This document shows positions 13,100 through 26,275 of a DNA stretch of 64,000 nucleotides, in pieces. The stretch comes from Diadema antillarum. Lineage: Eukaryota. Position numbers and translations under genes: made by a program. Within the stretch, counting starts at the first letter, position 1, and each line of letters opens with the position of its first letter. Under the pieces are notes generated by a model that had not been told where the DNA came from, made no database searches, and saw only the letters and a program-made list of their open reading frames with translations. The stretch spans positions 496,001 through 560,000 of the forward strand of contig NW_027271276.1 of NCBI RefSeq assembly GCF_040938485.1, in the 5' to 3' direction.

Positions 13100-15700
13100 G
13101 CATCCTGTCCATAAATACCTTCTCTCGTAAGAACTGGCCGTATAATTTAACATGAATTATTATTTGCCAATTTATCACATCTTTCCTCACCTCCCGTCCT
13201 TATCTTTCACACATTAGCTAGAAAGACTACCGGTAACAGTAGACGTGTAACATTAACCACAACTTCAAGAATGCTCCTAAAATTGAAAAATTAGAAATGT
13301 ACATGTAACTCGAGTAAAACTCCCAGTTTTGGGCTGGCCTTCAGAATCCGAACACCTATCACTTATCACAAGTCAGCAAATTCTATCATCACAAAAAAAG
13401 CTGGCACTGTCATTCATAACAGGATCAGGAAGGTGGCTTTATAAAATCACCTCCAAAAATCCATCTAATTCTCAAATCCCAAATTTTACAATAAAAAAAA
13501 AAAATGTAGAATCGGCGCAACTTTTCCAAAGAGCGCGTAAATTACCATGGTAAGAACCAGGGTTGCCGAAATTTACAGCGAAAGAGAGCTAAAAATATAG
13601 AAATTAGCCGTTCCGTTGCGAGAGTTTCGCTTAGCGCAAGTTCAAAGTGTGATGGTATCCTCCAAAACACAAAAGAAAAAAAAAATCTCCACAAGGGCCA
13701 ATGCAGCTCAGTGACTAAATGTACCATACAGGGGTTGAATGCAAGTGCCAACTTGCCAGAATTCGGACACCAACGGGTGCCACAGTGTCCCCAATACAAC
13801 CTTGCACCAACAAGGTATGGTGCAGCACATTTTTCAGCAGCCTTGTAAGCTCACTGACATTGAAAGCGCATGTACTTGTAGTGCGCATCCGCATTCTGGT
13901 GGATTATCAAATCAAAGTGATGTTTTGTTTTGGGATTTAGTGAAATTCTATGATGGAAAATTTAACATTAAATAAAAGAAATTGGACATAGTTAACATGC
14001 ATTGTTGTAGATATGACTCTGTGACGTTAGGCATGTCTATCTTAGGTAAACAAATATTGCAAAAAAGCCCAAGTGTCTGGAAACTGGTGGTGGTTTTACT
14101 CTAGACCGAGATCCACATCTAACATTTTAGCGTAATCTATCCACTATTTTGCAATGAATGCCAATGTAAGCTGTAACCTGTAACATCATTCTTTTTTTCC
14201 CAAGATCAGCTGAGCACTAATGTGTGTTTTCATTGGATTAACTATCTATAATCTAACTCTTCTTTTACTATGTGTGGATAGTTGTTGCCGGATGATACCG
14301 ATACACGTTTCCCTTTCCGATCCGAGATTCATACGCTGTGCCCCGTTTACCCGCGTTCCCATTCATATGCATGCATATCACATACGAGTATCATGCATGC
14401 CAACACGCAAGTACCGTACCGCTATTCAAGCTGCGCAACCGTTACTACCGTCAAGCGTCAAGAGTCTGCCTAATCGCCAGCATGCGAAGTGCCCAGATTA
14501 GAATCCATGAATATTTACGAATTTGACGATTTATGATTATAAAAGCGAAAGAATATACATGATCATTAATTACTAATGTCTTAAAGTAAGGTCATGGCCT
14601 GCACAGCTGCAGAATCAAAGTCCAATAGTCGGCATAAAATCGTCCAGTCGCTAAGTCGTTACGTAGCGTGATCAAGCAGGAACACTCATATCAGCGTACA
14701 ACACGCAATGGCTGAATAGCGTGTTCGTACTACTTTGCAATACAACTTCCCACTCTCCACATCACACAACCCAATATCCACGAACGCACTTGAAAATTGC
14801 AAAATCGCCATTTTGGAACAATGAATTACTCTTCTACACCTAAGCCATCAGATTATTATTAAACAATTTGATAAATTAACTCTGTTCTGTGAAGTCCAGC
14901 GAATGGCTTCCACACACCATAAGGAACACACAACGTATACACGTAGGATAAAAAGGGAAAAAATTACCTTGTCGTTGGCGGGTAACAGTCGCCAGGACTA
15001 CGGTGACTATGGCGTTTATTCTCAAGGCAACTGTTGCTAAACCTCATCACAAGGAAATCAAGTGTATTAGTCCGCACCGGAGATATATTTATTCAACAAC
15101 CTGATTTCTTTGACATATATCAGCATCATTTGCACTTCAATATGTATAAAACAGAACTTTTTAACGATTGATTGTCAAAATCTACAAATTTATGGGGTTT
15201 AACATTTGCTTTCAACGCACACGGAACTACAGTTCGTTGCCAGGTGCATGAATACCATTGTGCAAACCGTCCTACAGGAAACGGAAAATAAGAGAAAGAG
15301 GCAGCGGTAGCAGCAGAGGGTGAGCGTCCCATCCTCCTATCTCGCGTTGATGCACACTGCAGCCATTTTGTACTGCGTTGTCATAGCTACAGATTAACAA
15401 GACGACAGGTTGCAATCACAGGAATACCATGATGTGGAGAAGGCTAAATTCGAAAAATCCCTTACAGATGTTGGCGTTCCATTGTAACCATGATGTGGTC
15501 AACTTATCTCGATTGCAATTTAAGAAATTCCCTCCGAATACTACTGGTAAAACCCCGTAAAACCCATGGCAACTCGCTGTATGGCAGCAGTAGAGTAGAA
15601 TGGAAACCTAAACGCTGACGACAACTCGTGACTGCATGTACGCGGAAAATGTTTCCTTTCTGGCAATCCTGCAAGGAATAAATGTTAATAACATAAACCA
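13100..15700. promoter_or_regulatory. CpG-rich promoter/first-intron domain of RFX with X-box-like and YY1-like motifs
   Basis: CpG becomes visibly frequent relative to the CpG-poor 1-13 kb. X-box-like sites ATTACCATGGTAAG (13541-13554), GTTGGCGGGTAAC (14974-14986), ACTACCGGTAAC (13226-13237), CCCATGGCAAC (15563-15573); YY1-like GCCATTTT at 15362-15369. Confidence 0.5.
14968..15271 (-). other. Putative non-coding 5' exon of the RFX gene
   Basis: Donor AAG|GTAATT at 14968 and a strong polypyrimidine acceptor (ctctttctcttattttccgtttcctgtag) at 15271 on the minus strand, inside a CpG-rich domain. An in-frame TAG shortly upstream of the donor makes it UTR. The 5' boundary is uncertain. Confidence 0.4.
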
Positions 15701-16429
15701 CTTAACAGCTTTTGCCCGATTGAAAAAAGACGCTTTGCTCAGAGCTTTACAGAAATTAATACTTTTAGTTTACCTGTTCATTTTGTTAACTTTTCATTCC
15801 ATAAAGCTCAGATTAATATAGCATGCGATGCTGCCATTATTTTTCATTCCATAAAACTCACATTAATAATAATAGCGTGTGCTCCTCCCGCACAAAAGGC
15901 GCGCTTTATCTTTTTTGTAATTCTCATTGACATTTCCAATATGAATAAATAAGTGAATAAATGAATGAATAGATAAATAAATATTAAATAGATAAATAGA
16001 TAGATAAATAAATCAATAGGTAAACAAATGAATGAATAGATTAATAAATAAATTATGAAACATGCACCTGCTACCTGCGTGCAATACTCTCGTGTTGAAC
16101 TGTGCCAGTCCTTGAAGACAATCAAGGCGGCTGCTTATATTGGGGGGGGGGGGGGGGGGGGAGTTTTACACTTTAAAATAATTGTCTATAACGTAACATT
16201 TTGGTGTCTCTGAATTCATAAATCATCTCATCTCACACATCATATGTGTAAATGAAAATGATCTCTTTGTTGAGTAGCCTTTATTAGTTGGACGAATTTC
16301 TATGAAATCCATTCGGTGTGGGCAATAAGCAATTAAGATTTACACCTTTATAGTCTGTTTAGGGTTTTTGGTTTAATTCCTCCACGGGAGAATATGGGTT
16401 TATGTTACTGAAGTCGGGGCTCATTCAAA

Positions 16430-16640
16430 TTCACGAGACCAACACCCACGAATCATACAGCCCACGAGTCATATACAGCCCATATAGCCCACGAGTAATA
16501 CAACCCACGAGTCATTACAGCCCATTAGTTCGACCCGTGTATAATGCAGAACTCGTGGGCTGTTTATGACTCATCTGGACCTCTTTTTTTTTTTCAATGA
16601 CAAACTCGTGGGCTGATGAAATGTTTATTACTCGTGGGTG
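16430..16640. repeat. CAGCCCACGAGT minisatellite in direct and inverted orientation
   Basis: About 5 forward copies (16440-16530) and 3 inverted copies, ACTCGTGGG (16550-16640). Confidence 0.65.
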
Positions 16641-16997
16641 TCGATCTCGTGCAGGATGACCCCGTGTTAATACACAGTGTATGTTTCCACACTCCATCCT
16701 GAATTACTAACGCGAATTAGTGATTGCATGTCTTCATTTGAAACGTAGAGTCGCTATTGATTATTTTCACAATCTATTATATCTTTATTGACGGCATCGT
16801 GAAAACAGCAATAATTTCATTCCGTCGAACTCTGAAATCAATCTTGGTACCCTGTTTAACTTTTTTTTTCGTTGTATCAATCAAATCTGTAGAATTCAGA
16901 TGAGGAAGTAAATCCTCCATAATGTTGTTGGTGTTGTTGTTTTTTGCCAATAGTATCCGGTCTTGAGTCCACGTGTTCTGGCAATGTTTCGGATTAA

Positions 16998-17636
16998 AGA
17001 GGAAATCCAACCCAAAAATAAATAAACGTCAAAAGAAAGAGAAAAATATTCCCTTCAGAACGATACAAAAAAGGAGAAAAAAATCGGATAAGAACGAAGG
17101 AAAATATAACATTCTAATATTTTTTTTTTCGGAAAACATTTCTTGACCAGTCATTTTGAATATTCAAATCAGCAAGTTGACGATGTCATGCTCTCACAAT
17201 TTTTTTTATTCATTTCATATACAGAAACAACAAAAATCTCATATTTTCAACTGTATAAATATAAAACTTGTCTTAAAACCACCCGAAATAAAAAGAAAAA
17301 AATTTCACTCTTATGGGTATTGATGGAACATGCCTTTACTTATATTCGCTAAAAATAAGATTTGTTACCGAATTTCATAATAATACATGAAGTAGGCCTG
17401 CATGAAAATTGTGAGGATATGGCATTATCAACTCACTTATTTGAATACTCATAAGGACTGGTCAAGAAATGTTTTCCGAAAAATATTGTGAAATTGAAAA
17501 ATGTCATATCTTCCTCACTTCTTATCCGATTTTTGTCATTTTGTATCCTGTGTATAGGGTCCTATAATAACAGGGATTTTTTGTTTCTCTTTCTTTTGAA
17601 GTTTATCTTTTTTTTTGGGGGGGGTGGATTTCTTCT
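16998..17636. mobile_element. TTAA-TSD Kolobok-type MITE
   Basis: TTAA|AGAGGAAATCCAACCC ... GGGGTGGATTTCTTCT|TTAA, with internal inverted blocks (TTTTCGGAAAACATTTCTTGACCAGT / ACTGGTCAAGAAATGTTTTCCGAAAA). Termini resemble those of 60669-61269. Confidence 0.7.
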
Positions 17637-18392
17637 TTAAAGAGGGTCTAGGGAGTTGTCACGTGAAAAGTCACGTATGTTTTCGATATCACTGTTAGAA
17701 TTATTATCTAATCATCATCATAATTATATGCAACATTTTCTTCTTCATTTTTATTGTTTTGCTCTTTGGTGTTTTTTTTTCCTGCAGCGCTCATAAAAAG
17801 TACAAACAACAATGGTAACCAGTCTTGTGATTGTGCCAAAGAGGAACACCATCTACTAGTATATATGTCAACCAGTTATCAGTGCAATGGTTATATGTAT
17901 GAACTGGCAAATTTGAAACTATGGGTAACAGTTTGTTTCGCTCTGAGATAGGCACGTGCTTAGTACAGACTTGCAATAAGCCGTCCGCAGTATTTTATAG
18001 ACTTGAGCGCTCTGTAGATAGGTGTATAGGCCCTATGGATACTTACACTCAATATTTATCTCAAGACATGCATTCTTTTAATTGTGCACCGAATTTGATA
18101 CCGAGCCTTGAGCTTCTCGTTATTTCACGCATCAACTTGTAACTCATCAATGTATACGGAATGGTTTAAAAATTACTTTGTGATATATAGTTCCTACTTA
18201 TCTTTATTCTCTGTCATGGTTTAGCAGTATAACACAAAATAAACAGCATCCGTGACAGTTACATCAATTTCATTAGTGGACAAGAGCACAATGATAATGT
18301 CATAACGTGCATATGGAGATCACGTGACAGCACGATTATGCTATAGGGACACGTCTTGACGAAGCATTATACAGCAGAACAAATCTTACGAG

Positions 18393-19321
18393 GTGCACAA
18401 AAAGAAAGGCATTTTCAGTGTTGGTATCATATCCAAGTTACGTCTCTATTTACCAAAAGAAACCTTAATTACTCTGTATAATGCCATAGTTATGCCTCAT
18501 TTAATGTACTGTAATGTAGCTTGGGGAAATACTTATAAGACTCATATAGATAAGTTGATTGTTCTTCAGAAAAAAGCTGTAAGGTATATTACAAATTCAA
18601 ACTTTAGAAGTCCAAGTTTGCCATTGTTTATTCAACTTCATATTTTGCCATTTGAAAAATTAGTTATCTTGAGTTGCTTGATTTTTATGTTTAAGACACA
18701 AGGTGATCCGAAATCTTTCATGAAGGATGCGTTTGTGTTAAATTCTACCGTTCATGCTTATAATACGCGTAAAAGTAATCTCATTCATCAACCCTTTGCA
18801 AGAACTCAAACTGCCCAAAATTCATTTGTATATGTTTGTATTAGAGAATGGAATAATTTGCCATTGAGAATTAGGTCAGCCTCATCACTATCCAACTTTA
18901 AACGTACATGTCGCATTTATCTTGAGGGAAATTTGTAAAACAAGAATGATCAGGGAAGCTGAATTTAAAAGTATAGTAAAATAGAAAGTATCTTTCTGCA
19001 ATTTCATGTAAATTATATGTGTGTGCATGAGAGTTTTTGTGACACGTGTTTGTATGATTGAATGTGTGTGTGTGCGCGTGTGTGTGTGTGTGTGCTTGTG
19101 TTGCATCTGTCCTATGTAAATATGTTACTATTATACTTCTTGTTAATATGTTTAAAACTTTAGTATGTTTTGCTTTGTTTTATATGTTTATCCGGGGCCC
19201 CTTTTTTACAAGCTCTGCTTCTTTTGGGGTCCCAAACCATTCATTATTCTTAATGCTGTATCCTTTTGTAAAATGTCAAATGTTTAATGAATTGGTTAAA
19301 TAAACTTGAACTTGAACTTGA
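18393..19321 (+). mobile_element. 5'-truncated non-LTR retrotransposon (L2/CR1/Crack-like): RT C-terminal ORF plus 3' UTR
   Basis: ORF 18393-18938 carries LITLYNAIVMPHLMYCNVAWG...LQKKAVRYIT and SFVYVCIREWNNLP, typical of the post-RT region of CR1/L2-group LINEs. The 3' UTR ends in AATAAA-(CTTGAA)n. Confidence 0.85.
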
Positions 19322-21447
19322 TATATCCTGAGGCCCATTACTTTGCCTCACAGGCCTAGATAAGCTTTTCTCTCTCTCTCTCTTCGAGGCCCGGATAGAT
19401 AGAATACAATTTTTTTTTTTTGACCGACATCGCGGTCCATTGCTTCGTGGTCTAGCGGTTGAGGAATTGGCATAGCGGGTATATTCTATCACTCAGTTTG
19501 TGGTTCGTTCAAATTGCCACGGTTCTATGCTTTAGATGAGTGAAAAGGACTAAAATATCACATCGTGACTGATGAGCACTGCCTGATGAATTATATTGGC
19601 ACAAGTTATACTCTCTTTCCTTTTGGTATTGTAACACATTTCTCTCACATTTCTCTCACTGTCAACATCACGTTATTGTGGAGGTCATGTTTCTATTACT
19701 TTATTAACCATTGCCCGTATCAATGCAGGGAGGTGGAACCAGAAATTGGTATATTTTCCATCCACAATTCTTTCAGGAACATTATATGATATGCGTTAGG
19801 GAGTGCAGAAAAAAAAATACAATAGGTGTTAGAGACGTCAGTTCGAAAGCGGGTTGTTCTAAATCACATAGTCTTTAATTCTTTGTTCGCATTATTAATT
19901 GATATACTCATTGACTGCGAACAAACTTTAGTTTTTTCGTAGCAAATCTAAAGAAAAGTGCTTGCATATGACTCCAGACTACACACTTTGGTAAAACAAT
20001 ACATTGATATAGCTGCTTTTAACGATAATCCTTATGAGCCGAAACTGTTGGAAATGTTCATGGTAATGTCACTATAAAGTGTTGCGCCAGGATACATTGG
20101 TGAGCCACTTTCACTTTGTCTTTCGGTTTTTGTCGTGATCGCATTGTTCGAGCGAATGAAAATATTTGCTAAAAAGCTTAGAAGTATATAAAAGGAAAAA
20201 TGAAAGGGTTTACTAAAGGTATATGTTTCAAGGGGCACTCTTCGAAGGACGCGAGGCTACTACGTATACACAATAAATTTACTTATAAGTGTAAGTGCCC
20301 CGTTAAGGGCGAAAATTTCGCATTTATCAGTTATGAAATTGACAATTTTTGGGCAAGAAAGGTGCTTTTGTTCATTTTGGTCTTTGAATAATTGATAAAT
20401 TATGTGTTGCCTTTCAGGGGGCAAATGGGGGGGGGGGGGCAAAAACTAGTTTTGACCCCAAAATTCTAGGGGGGCAAGTTCTCCCTCTGCCCCCCCCCCC
20501 TCCCGCGTCCGGCGCTCTTGATTTCTAGTGCTAGTTCTAGTTCTAGTGCTATTTTTCTAAACGGTTATATCAAGAGTTATTACCAACGACTGAGCTGTGA
20601 AGAGTATCATAAAAATAGATCGTTAGAAAAAACACTGCATGTGGAAAGGATCTATATGCCCATAGGCATATCATGTATCAAGATAAGCACAGGGAGTATT
20701 TCATTTCAAGGATTTCAGCAGCTTGTAACAGTTTGTCAGAAAAATATCCCACCAAAACGCTTCATGAAATGCCCTCCACATCTTGTGTGTCCAACTTTGG
20801 CTGATAGTCAAGTTATCCAATCTCTGCCAAGTATATATACTCGCTGAGAACATCACAGCGTTGTGAGTACGATATACAAGAACACGTAAATAATTGTATA
20901 CATAGTCTGTTTCCAAGACAACAAAAAGCACTTTTGGAACCTACTCTTCCCGGCATACACGCACACCTATAGTCCTATTATAGATCTATTCCATAAACAG
21001 GGGTTCGCAGGGGGGCTGCGATGACGGGGATAATAAACCCCCAACCCCATCCCAACCCCCCCCCCCCCCTGCAGCTTTATGGATAATTATATTTTACAAG
21101 CACATATTACTTTGTTTCCAAGACAACGAAAGCACTTTTGGACCCATCTCTTCCAAATTTCTCGTAATCCACATCCATTACACACGAGATCTATAGTTAG
21201 TATTATCCATAAAGAAATATGCTATACATCTCTATAGCGGCTGCGGATTTGTACTATACTAATTAAACTTCATTAATATTGTCATGAAGGAGGGGGCATA
21301 TTATGTTTTACATGAGGATAATATTCGTGGCGAATTTGACAACTTTCATGGAAAATTTTTTTGACGTTTTTGTTGCAATCATCATGCTTCAAACAATAAT
21401 AATGATGATAATAGTGATTATGATGATCATGATGACAATAAAATAGT

Positions 21448-21620
21448 NNNNNNNNNNNNNNNNNNNNNNNNNNNNNNNNNNNNNNNNNNNNNNNNNNNNN
21501 NNNNNNNNNNNNNNNNNNNNNNNNNNNNNNNNNNNNNNNNNNNNNNNNNNNNNNNNNNNNNNNNNNNNNNNNNNNNNNNNNNNNNNNNNNNNNNNNNNNN
21601 NNNNNNNNNNNNNNNNNNNN
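21448..21620. other. Assembly gap (173 N)
   Basis: N run, flanked on the left by an (ATG/ATA)-type simple repeat. Confidence 1.
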
Positions 21621-22206
21621 TTATTCAAATATTGCGTTCATTCACTTCGGAGGTTTTTGTTATGCCCATTCACTTTGTCGTTGAAATTCACTTTTGATCA
21701 CTCGAATTTGTATTCATGTCAATTAGATCTATAGGATAAGAATTTGTCATTCAAACTGTAACAATAATTCCAATTTCACGAAGAGGTCAGTCCATTTTTG
21801 GGGGAAGTATAACTCGGAATATAATTTTGTATCTTTTTATTCTTTTATTGAGGAAAGGGTGTTATAATTAATGTTCATGACAACCTGGTTCATGAAATCC
21901 TATACTGATTTATATTTACAGCCTTGATACAAAAAGTTCGTTTGTGATGGGTATGAGCTGAATTAGTTAGCCGTCTGTTTCGTGATGTAAATGCTAAATT
22001 CTTTGATCAAGGTGAAAAATATTGAGTGATCAAAAACGAATTTGAATGACTAACTCCAGAGGCAGCTTGTTATTGCACGATGACGTCACTGTGTGATATA
22101 AAACTTTGTATAAGCCATTATTTCTGACCAGTGGTCAAAAGAGGAAAATCATGTCAGGGAGTACAGTTATACCTTACTCCCAAAATGATATGGAATTACT
22201 GCCATA

Positions 22207-22498
22207 CTCTCTAAAAAAAAATCGAGTGAAAATATTCACTCTAAAAAGAGTGAATTAAAAATAGGAGTGAATTTCAAGTGAAATTGGAGTGAATTTTGAG
22301 TGAAAATGCTCATTTTCACTCATTTTGGAGTGACGTCAGGGATCACTCCAAAATCTTCGAGTGATCCCTGACGTCACTCCAAAATGAGTGAAAATGAGCA
22401 TTTTCACTCAAAATTCACTCCAATGTCACTCGAAATTCACTCTTTTTTGTATTCACTCTTTTTAGAGTGAAAATTTTCACTCGATTTTTTTTAGAGAG
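22207..22498. mobile_element. Fold-back (near-perfectly palindromic) MITE with TA TSD
   Basis: TA|CTCTCTAAAAAA...TTTTTTAGAGAG|TA; the arms are complementary up to a central GGAGTGACGTCAGGGATCACTC / GAGTGATCCCTGACGTCACTCC pair. Confidence 0.85.
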
Positions 22499-22512
22499 TA
22501 CAAAGAAAGAAT

Positions 22513-22750
22513 CAGGGGCGGATCCAGGAATTCTATAAGGGGGGGGGGCATTTCTTTTGCCACTTTCGGGTTTATACTCTGCTGGAAAAGCAAAAAACAA
22601 AAACAAAAACAAAAACAAAAACAAAAACAAAGGCTTTAGCGCAAGGGGGGGGGGGCAAGCGCCCCCTTTCATTTTCTCTTCCTTTTATTTCTTTTGTTTT
22701 AAGAAGAATTTAAGGGGAGACGCCCGATGCACTCCCTGGATCTGCCACTG
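22513..22750. mobile_element. hAT-like GC-rich MITE
   Basis: TIR CAGGGGCGGATCCAGG / CCTGGATCTGCCACTG, internal (CAAAAA)n; no clear 8-bp TSD. Confidence 0.65.
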
Positions 22751-22970
22751 AATCAAGCTAGTCAAAATGAAAATGAAAACTTAATGCGATGATGATAAAG
22801 ATGATCAACTTATGACATCAATAATGAAATAATGAAAATGATATCAATAACATAAATGAAAAGAAGAAAAAAAGAGAACTGGAGAATAAATTAAAGACAG
22901 AGAATATTTGTGATCGCAAAAGGACTGTATTTCACACAGTGACAGATGTAAACCAAATGTTACATGAACT

Positions 22971-23282
22971 CAGAGACTCCAACCCAAAGCACCTTCTGAT
23001 CTGAGAGATTCTCCCACCTGAAACCCCCAGCAAACGGGAGACTCCAAGTTGATGTGTGCGAAGCGCGAAGTTCCTAGGGTTCTAGATGCTCTCTGGTGCT
23101 ATTTTATAGGGCTTATTTTTTTCGACATACAATGGCAATAAGTAAGAAATCCTTTCAAACGGGAGACACAGAGGCAGGGAGGGCGGGAGAAATTAAATCT
23201 CAAGCGGGAGAACGGGAGAATTTGCAAAGATAGGTTTTCGGCGGGAGATCTCCCGTCGAAAACGGGAGAGTTGGAGTCTCTG
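22971..23282. mobile_element. hAT-like MITE (CAGAGACTCCAAC family)
   Basis: TIR CAGAGACTCCAAC / GTTGGAGTCTCTG; flanks TGAACT / TGAAGT. A second copy in the opposite orientation lies at 40748-41146. Confidence 0.75.
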
Positions 23283-23549
23283 TGAAGTCATTGCCATGGC
23301 AAGGAATGTGGATCATTAATTTGAATAACGATTTCATTATCATTTTTGGCCACATAATAAAACCATTGTAATTTCCTTCGATACCTCATAATCATAAACT
23401 ATGCCGTCATTCGCAACAGCTACTATATAGAGGGAATGTAATTATAGAAGCTCCAACACCTTTTCTTTTTCTTTTCTTTTTTTAATTACTAGGATAAGAA
23501 TAATGGATGTTCCTCGACAACAGCCTAACCTGTTGCTTCCTTTTTGAAA

Positions 23550-24200
23550 GCGTCCATTCGCTCCGTCCATTCAGGAAATTCTAACCCCGTCTGAAAATCA
23601 GACTACGTCGAAGTGCTTGCGCCATCATAGTTCGTGTTTCACAAGGGGGGAAAACCCTTCTCCGTTTACGCTACGTCTTTGCGCTGGACCTGGGGGGAGA
23701 GTCCAAAACAGCAACACCCCAGGGCAGGGCCAGGGATCGTCACCACACCGGCTCAGGGTCACAAGAATCGACGAGTATTCCAGTCATATTGCACACTTTG
23801 CTTGAAAGCTTTCATCTTACTTGCCTAAATTCGATCTGAAGTACCTTGCTGACTGAGAGTTGCCATGCATGATGTGATATCCGCCCGCCTGCGCCTGCCT
23901 GCGCCTGCCTGAGCTGAGCACGAAAGCATGTTAAAACGTGTCCAACGAAGTAACTGTAGCCCTAGGCCCTACTGAGTAAATATATATATATATATATATT
24001 TTTTTTTTTTTTACTGTACCGGGCCGGTGGCGGTGTACGTCAGCTGACGTTGTGCATGTAAGCCAACATATTCTTTTTAGTCATAAAAGGACTTGATTCA
24101 AAGACTCGTGTTTAGATAGATATGTGGCTGGTGTGTCAGCTCTGCAGTTTCAGTTTGCTGTTTTCTCCAGTAACACGGATGCATGCAACGGTCGGATCAG
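23550..24200 (+). promoter_or_regulatory. Putative promoter of B-box/propeller gene 1
   Basis: Local CpG richness; kappaB-like GGGAAAACCC (23648-23657); (TA)n TATA-like tract; palindrome ACGTCAGCTGACGT (24037-24050); ISRE-like AGTTTCAGTTTG (24146-24157). Confidence 0.4.
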
Positions 24201-24506
24201 CAGTACAGTAGCACCACTGCATGTTCACATGTAAATTTAGCTTGTTTTGGACTTGGACTCTGGAGCTGGACTCTGGAGTAATTGTTTGAGCTTGTATTCA
24301 GCCCGACCAGACTCCGTGCGAAGCACACACTTGTGTATAGTGACAGGGATGAGAACGTGTTACCACCTGGTCTGTAGTCAGTGTTTCAACACATGACAGT
24401 GAACATATGTAGAAGAAATATGTGTGATATCTATTGCTAGTTATCGTTTAGACAGACGGTGGTACTGAGGTATACTGTACTACCCAGAGTGCCACTGAAT
24501 ACAAAC

Positions 24507-25943
24507 ATGGGAGCAAAGGAGAGCATTCAACAAGGTACACGATGCAGGGTTCATAATTTGGAGAAGGAGCTGTTCTGTGAAGAGTGCAGAGTCTACATCT
24601 GTTCGGACTGTGTTCCATCAACTCATTCTGATCACGAGAAGATACAACGCAGGCAGTTTGAAGATGATCTGGAGCAGAAAGTGCGTATCCTTGATTTTCG
24701 AAGCAAGGACATGAAGGCATATCTCAACAGAAATGTAGAAGTCGCAGAAGAAAAGCGCCAAGAGATAAACTCTGCCATGGAGCATCTAAAAACAGAGGTC
24801 AGAGAAGCCTGCAGTGTACGAGAGCTGAAAGACTTAGAATGTTCCCTGATATATGAGATCGAGAGTCTCCACAGACATTACAATGAGGAGCTTGATACAC
24901 TAAAACATCAAAACCAGCAAAAAATGAGCAAACTGAACAGCATGATGAAACAAGTGGCTACTGACAAGTTGAAATATTTAGAGACAGAGAGCTTGACAGC
25001 TCATGAGTCATTGTGCAGTGAACTCGGTAATATTGTGAAGGAAGAAGTCGATGATGCGGCGCTGGTGGCAGTCAAAGAGAGAGCCTTTCGCAAACAAATC
25101 ACTCCGGCAGGCCAAGATGTCTTTTCTGTTGTGGATGTTCCCATCTTACCGTACCACATCACCAAGAGTGTTTCATTGCGGTCCACGTCTAGTGGCATGG
25201 CTAGTCTCCCGGGGGGCAGTGTTGCGCTGGGATACAGAAGACGCAGCAGAGAAGGAATCGACTTGATAGACTCTACAGGTTGCACACAACCTCTGCAATA
25301 CATTCCTTCAAAGTGTTACCCTGATGTTGCCTTCCTCTCCAATGAGACATTAGTTGCGCCAAGCCTCAATGCCACGGACATCTGTGCCTTCAGCCCCAAT
25401 GGTTTTGAGCTATTCAAGAGCACTCTCCCCACCAAATATTCTTGCCCAAATGTCAGCGTAACTTCTTCAGATGAAATTCTTGTTGCCAATACCACCCAGC
25501 ATATCTACATCTTTGAATCTACGAGTGGAACACTGGAGCTATCGATCTCGACGGAAGATTTCAGGGCTGAAGCGGCACGCTCAACAAGGGCTGGGCCGAT
25601 TGTGTCAACTGCGTCATACCCAGGCATCGTAACGGCCTTTGACAGAGATGGTCAAAGAGGGAACAGCGTTCTGGGGAGCCTTGGGGAACACTTCTTTGTT
25701 GATGTGGATGAGGAGGACAGGATTTACATTCTCACTGTTAGGTGGATTCCCCGTAAAGCTGAGTGCAGTTACAAGCTCTCTTGCTACCGGCTTGACGGGC
25801 TAAATCTGAAAGAAACTGCACAATTTGCAGGAGAAAAGCTGACCTTAAAGAGCAGCTTCTGTTATCTAGTTTGTCTCCAAGACAATATGTTAGCTTTAGT
25901 GAGTGCTTGCACTCTCTACTTTATCCAAGTTCCACCAGTTTGA
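24507..25943 (+). CDS. Intronless B-box / coiled-coil / NHL-like beta-propeller protein (RING-less TRIM-like), 478 aa
   Basis: Long open frame. B-box type-2 pattern CRVH...LFCEECRVYICSDC...HSDH (24543-24635), then a heptad-rich helical segment and a C-terminal beta-strand repeat region (IDLID, EILVA, YIFE, IYILT). The first in-frame ATG is at 24507; the ORF track opens at a GTG at 24459. Confidence 0.85.
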   Translation: MGAKESIQQGTRCRVHNLEKELFCEECRVYICSDCVPSTHSDHEKIQRRQFEDDLEQKVRILDFRSKDMKAYLNRNVEVAEEKRQEINSAMEHLKTEVREACSVRELKDLECSLIYEIESLHRHYNEELDTLKHQNQQKMSKLNSMMKQVATDKLKYLETESLTAHESLCSELGNIVKEEVDDAALVAVKERAFRKQITPAGQDVFSVVDVPILPYHITKSVSLRSTSSGMASLPGGSVALGYRRRSREGIDLIDSTGCTQPLQYIPSKCYPDVAFLSNETLVAPSLNATDICAFSPNGFELFKSTLPTKYSCPNVSVTSSDEILVANTTQHIYIFESTSGTLELSISTEDFRAEAARSTRAGPIVSTASYPGIVTAFDRDGQRGNSVLGSLGEHFFVDVDEEDRIYILTVRWIPRKAECSYKLSCYRLDGLNLKETAQFAGEKLTLKSSFCYLVCLQDNMLALVSACTLYFIQVPPV

Positions 25944-26275
25944 ATGCATAGCAACAGTGAACAGACACCTATTTTAAAATAGGGGATTGCAATGTATGCT
26001 TATTATGTACAGGGTGCTCTGAGCACAGCTATAGTAAAATTTTGTTCCAACAAAGTAAAAATTCAGGTCCCAATCTCTTTTCTTTCTTATCTCTTTCCAC
26101 TCAGCTATGTAGTGAAATTTTTGATACAATGAAAGAAAAATGTAAATCATGAAGACTTTGTTATAATGGAAGACACCTGTATGATTAGTGTTTAAGTGTA
26201 GACTTTTTCTTCCAAATGCTGAGTGACTGGTTTGACTACAGCTCATCAAGCCATGCAGGAGACAGGGTTCTTGTA

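Noticed and set aside
19440-19490. A-box-like TGGTCTAGCGG suggesting another tRNA/SINE
   Set aside because: No B box or cloverleaf downstream.
25001-25303. Antisense ORFs inside the two TRIM-like genes (also 24448-24720, 33914-34141, 34390-34626)
   Set aside because: Shadow ORFs of real coding sequence.
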